Of a stretch of 64,000 nt of DNA, positions 60,640 to 64,000 are shown in pieces. The notes beneath the pieces are model-generated. The model was not told the origin of the DNA. It made no database searches and worked only from the letters and a program-made list of their open reading frames with translations. Source of the DNA: Podarcis cretensis (Eukaryota); assembly GCA_951804945.1 (NCBI GenBank), contig OX638151.1, positions 74,090,001 to 74,154,000 of the forward strand, in the 5' to 3' direction. Numbering within the stretch: the stretch's first letter is position 1; each line of letters opens with the position of its first letter. The translations under genes were made by a program, and so were the position numbers.

Positions 60640-61140
60640 CTCCAGGCGGCATCCTGTTCCCTGGGAACCGACCAGGTAGCCTCGGTCACCATAGCAACCA
60701 CACGCGCGCGCGCAGAAACCCTACTTAGCTACCCCCTTCCTCCAACTCTCCACACCTTGGGCTCCCCGTGTCCTTCAAGCTACTGAAGGGAAGAAAGGTA
60801 TCCGAGAACCTGCGAGGAAAGGACGGTCGCCGCGTCAGCCGCTGCTGCTTTTTCTGCTCCCGTCGCAACCGGTGCACCGTAAGAGTAGGCAGCGGGCGCC
60901 TCCGTCATCGGTACTGGGCATGCTCGGAAGAACGGCGCATGCTCTGTAGCAGCGGCCGAAGCATTTGCCCTTATCCCCTCTCGAGCTACTTCCGCGTTGT
61001 TGTTTTTTTCAATACGGCAACCTGTCCCGAAATGTTGGCGGGCGAGCAGGCGGGAAAGGCGGGGCTGTTCTGCCGCAAAAACGACACCGTAGTATTCGTC
61101 CGTGCTAACTGTGCTAGGTGGGAAGTCATTTATTAGCGCT
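60640..61140 (-). promoter_or_regulatory. ARMC2: CpG-rich ARMC2 promoter with RFX X-boxes; putative non-coding exon 1 with donor near 60563
   Basis: CpG cluster upstream of the first coding exon. X-box GTCACCATAGCAAC at 60685-60698, palindromic GTTCCC-T-GGGAAC at 60656-60668, NRF1-like GCGCATGCTC at 60935-60944, ETS ACTTCCG at 60988-60994. Minus-strand GTGAGT donors at 60563 and 60559. Confidence 0.75.
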
Positions 61141-61155
61141 CAAGTTTAAATAGGC

Positions 61156-61199
61156 CTAATGGACCTAAATAGGACCTAATGGTCAGGGGTCCCTTTACC
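61156..61199 (+). mobile_element. 44-bp SINE 3'-end micro-insertion
   Basis: ggacctaatggtcaggggtccctttacc is a Sauria-SINE-type tail; 11-bp TSD TTTAAATAGGC (61145-61155 / 61200-61210). Confidence 0.75.
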
Positions 61200-62299
61200 T
61201 TTAAATAGGCACCACATTGCCGCTGGTTCTGCTGAAGTGTTCTCTGGCAGCATCGTTACTCTGCCCTGCATCGTGTTACAAAGTCAGCTCTGTGCCCACG
61301 CCCTACATCAGTTCACTAGGGGTTTCCACAGCGATGCCTTGACCGGCGCAACAGACTTTAGCCCCATCTTAATTGCACTGGTTTGTTTTTCTTCCTTGCT
61401 CACTATAACTGCAACACCTTTATATGTAACATCACGACTACTTTTTCTACCTGTATGTCGTCTCTAAGATTTATATGTTACATTATTGCTTCATTTTTAT
61501 ATATAATGTCAGCAACCCTGTCACTCAGCCTAAATAATAGAATTGCAGAGATGGAAGGGACCCCCAAAAATGATCTAATTCACACCCTAAATCTTTGAAA
61601 CCATGCTGATCTACAGATATATTATATAATATTATAATATTATAGCAGCAGCTGCAGATCTGGCAAGGGTTCTAGATCATTAGTGGGCTTGCTAAAAGGA
61701 AAAGGGTAGGTACTTCCAGATGGGCATTTATTGCAGAACCTGTGCTTCTAGACAGGGTTTTGGTTCTAGATTATGCTGGAGTAGGAAGGGCTTCGGTTTA
61801 ATCCGGCAGGACTCAAGTTTACATTCTTATAAGCAGACAATGAATAGGATTACATTGTAAATTCCACTGAACTCAGTAGGACTTCTTAGTAAAATTGTGC
61901 TGTACAAGATTTTCCTGCCCTATTTTGACCAGCTTTTAGTCTAAGTGATGCAGAAAATTAATCAAGCTCACTTTGTTTTGACTTTTCTCCCCCAAACAAC
62001 TCCTTTTAGCAATGGTCGTTTCCGGGCCCCTTGCTTTGTATTTCTATTTGCTTTTCTTCCACAGATTCCAAAACATATAAAAGCTGAGGCATTTATAAAG
62101 AGGTTCCATTATGACCTTACTGACATTTATTTCATACATGTAAAAACCTAAGGCAAGTGTGCCTGTCATGCTCATCAGAAGATCCCAAAAAGCCCTTTGG
62201 AGTCCATCAGTGTCCATAAGCATCTGAGTGTGAATTACATTAATAGACCTCCCATGCATTCAGAGGGGAAATGCAAGTCTAGATTTCAACCGGAAGTGG

Positions 62300-62880
62300 T
62301 TCAATCATAATAATGCAAAATCCCCCATTTTCAGATTACTATCCTCCTGTGTGGCCAAGAAACAACTATCAGGTGTATCTTGCTTTATGTGTTGGGCTAA
62401 AGCCATGTTGGAATAGCTCAGGATTGTAATGGCGCCCATAAAGACCAGAGCCATCAAGGACCTGGTGACCTTAGCATGAAAACTAGGTTCCCCCCAGCCC
62501 AGAACAACCATCCTGGGAATCTTCAACACCATATCCAATACCACCTCTGTCAGGTGATTCACCAGCAGAATTTCTAATCTGTCCTGGTCACTCAACACAA
62601 GATACATATACTCCATACTGCACTCAAACAGACAAGAAGCCTGGAGACAGTGAGACTACAGAAACCATTGCTGCCACCAGTTCCTGACTCTATTCTGATA
62701 CTGAACTGAGTACTTAAGTAGGATGGCATAGCTAGGAGAAACTATACCCTCAGCTCGTCAAGCCACCTTTCAGTAATACAAGCTAGGTCAGCCTTTTTAT
62801 CCACCATGGAATCATGGGTGAATGAGATTTTGTTAGGAACTGACTTTGCATTTAATAGCAGCACCAGCAGACTGCAATGC
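62300..62880 (-). mobile_element. Degraded L2-type LINE endonuclease (APE) region
   Basis: LLLNAKSVPNK...DLACITERWLD is an APE N-terminal motif; neighbouring frames contain a GDF motif. Confidence 0.75.
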
Positions 62881-62967
62881 AAAGATGTAAGACAATCACA
62901 AACCATAAGGTTGAGAAAGAAACTGAACAAGTGAATAAGCATAAGGCTCACTTGGCGCCATCATTCA

Positions 62968-63247
62968 TAGAATCATAGAGTTGGAAGAGACCACAAGAGC
63001 CATCGAGTCCAACCCCCTGCCAAGCAGGAAACACCATCAGAGCACTCCTGACATTACATATCTTTAGGTGCCAGAGCTGTTCAGCAGCAGAAATGACTCC
63101 CTCAGAAGGTGGTGCTCTTCTTCATTGGAGGTTTTAAAGCAGAGGCTGGATGGCCATCTGTCATGGATGCTTTAGTTAAAATTCCTGCATTGAAGGGAAT
63201 CAGACTAAATGACCATCTGAGTCCCAAGTCTTCAGTTCTATGATTTT
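62968..63247. mobile_element. Two CR1 3' tails, one minus-strand (about 62968-63052) and one plus-strand (about 63070-63247)
   Basis: catagaatcatagagttggaagagacc on the minus strand; ...gactaaatgacc...ttctatgatt on the plus strand. Confidence 0.75.
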
Positions 63248-63644
63248 ATGAAAAACTCCTCTATAACCAGGTGTTTGGCCTTTAACTACTGGTATTTGTG
63301 GCCTTTTAGAATTGGTTGGCGTGCTTTTAATGTATTTCACACACACCCCTCCAGTTTTACTGTATTTGTGGAGGGTTTTGCTTCCCTGTTTGCTTGCTTG
63401 GTTGGGTATAAGTCACTTAGGGCTGCCCTGGACAAGATAAAACACAGTGGGAAGGAGCATAGAGAGAGACAGAGGAAAACTAGAAAGTAACACTTCTTAA
63501 CAAAAAACTTACAAGTCTCAGTATAAGGCAACCCCTTATACAGAAAGTGATGAAACTACAACTACTTAACTGGGAAAACATCACATCACAGGTCCTAGTC
63601 CCCTTATGCTTGACTATCCGGCCTTTTTCATCCTACCAACCTAA

Positions 63645-64000
63645 ACATAAGAACATAAGAAGAGCCTGCTGGATCAGGCAAATTGCATATATAGTCCACC
63701 ACCTGGTTCTTTCACAGAGATAATTATAAACATAAGGACACAAGAAGAACCTGATGGATCAAGTCAAAGGCCCATATAGTCCAGCATCCTGTTCTCAGTG
63801 GCCAACAAGGTACCTGTGGGAAATCCACTTTCTCCATGCCATGCATAATTTTATAAACTTCTATCATGCTACTCCTGCTCACCTTTTCTTTAAAATTAAG
63901 ACGTTCCAAATGCTGCAACCTTTTATCTTAGGGGAGTTGCTCCAGACCCTTATCATTGTGGCTGAACCTCTTCCAACTCTACAATATCCCTTTTGAGGTA
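63645..64000 (-). mobile_element. CR1 LINE 3' ends (tandem), running off the window
   Basis: aacataagaagagcctgctggatcagg terminus; translation MIEVYKIMHGMEKVD. Confidence 0.85.

Noticed and set aside
60768-61136. 122-aa + strand ORF in the ARMC2 CpG island
   Set aside because: Starts at GTG, has no recognisable domain, and is explained by GC richness.

Overview
This is vertebrate genomic DNA, inferred to be from a squamate and probably a lacertid lizard (Sauria-SINE, BovB, CR1, L2 and tRNA-derived SINE content). It holds two complete, convergent (tail-to-tail) protein-coding genes. SESN1 (sestrin-1) is on the + strand: 10 coding exons at 9044-23674, 482 aa, the short isoform from an internal CpG-island promoter. 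The long-isoform first exon is probably upstream of the window. ARMC2 (armadillo repeat-containing 2, a cilia/flagella assembly factor) is on the - strand: 17 coding exons at 53541-25757, 848 aa, with a CpG-rich promoter carrying RFX X-boxes near 60.7 kb. All exons were joined by hand, have GT-AG boundaries and give open frames. The introns are full of transposons, several very young and with intact target-site duplications (TSDs). I found no convincing wholly new biological system. The most unusual signals are: a recursive-splice-like acceptor/donor junction at an ARMC2 exon; an AG/GT ratchet-like site in the SESN1 upstream intron; covarying hairpins in two Tc2-like MITEs; a candidate solo LTR just upstream of the SESN1 promoter; extra cysteines in sestrin-1; facing poly(A) signals between the two genes; and ultra-truncated SINE micro-insertions. 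Comparisons to human proteins and repeat families are from memory, not from database searches.
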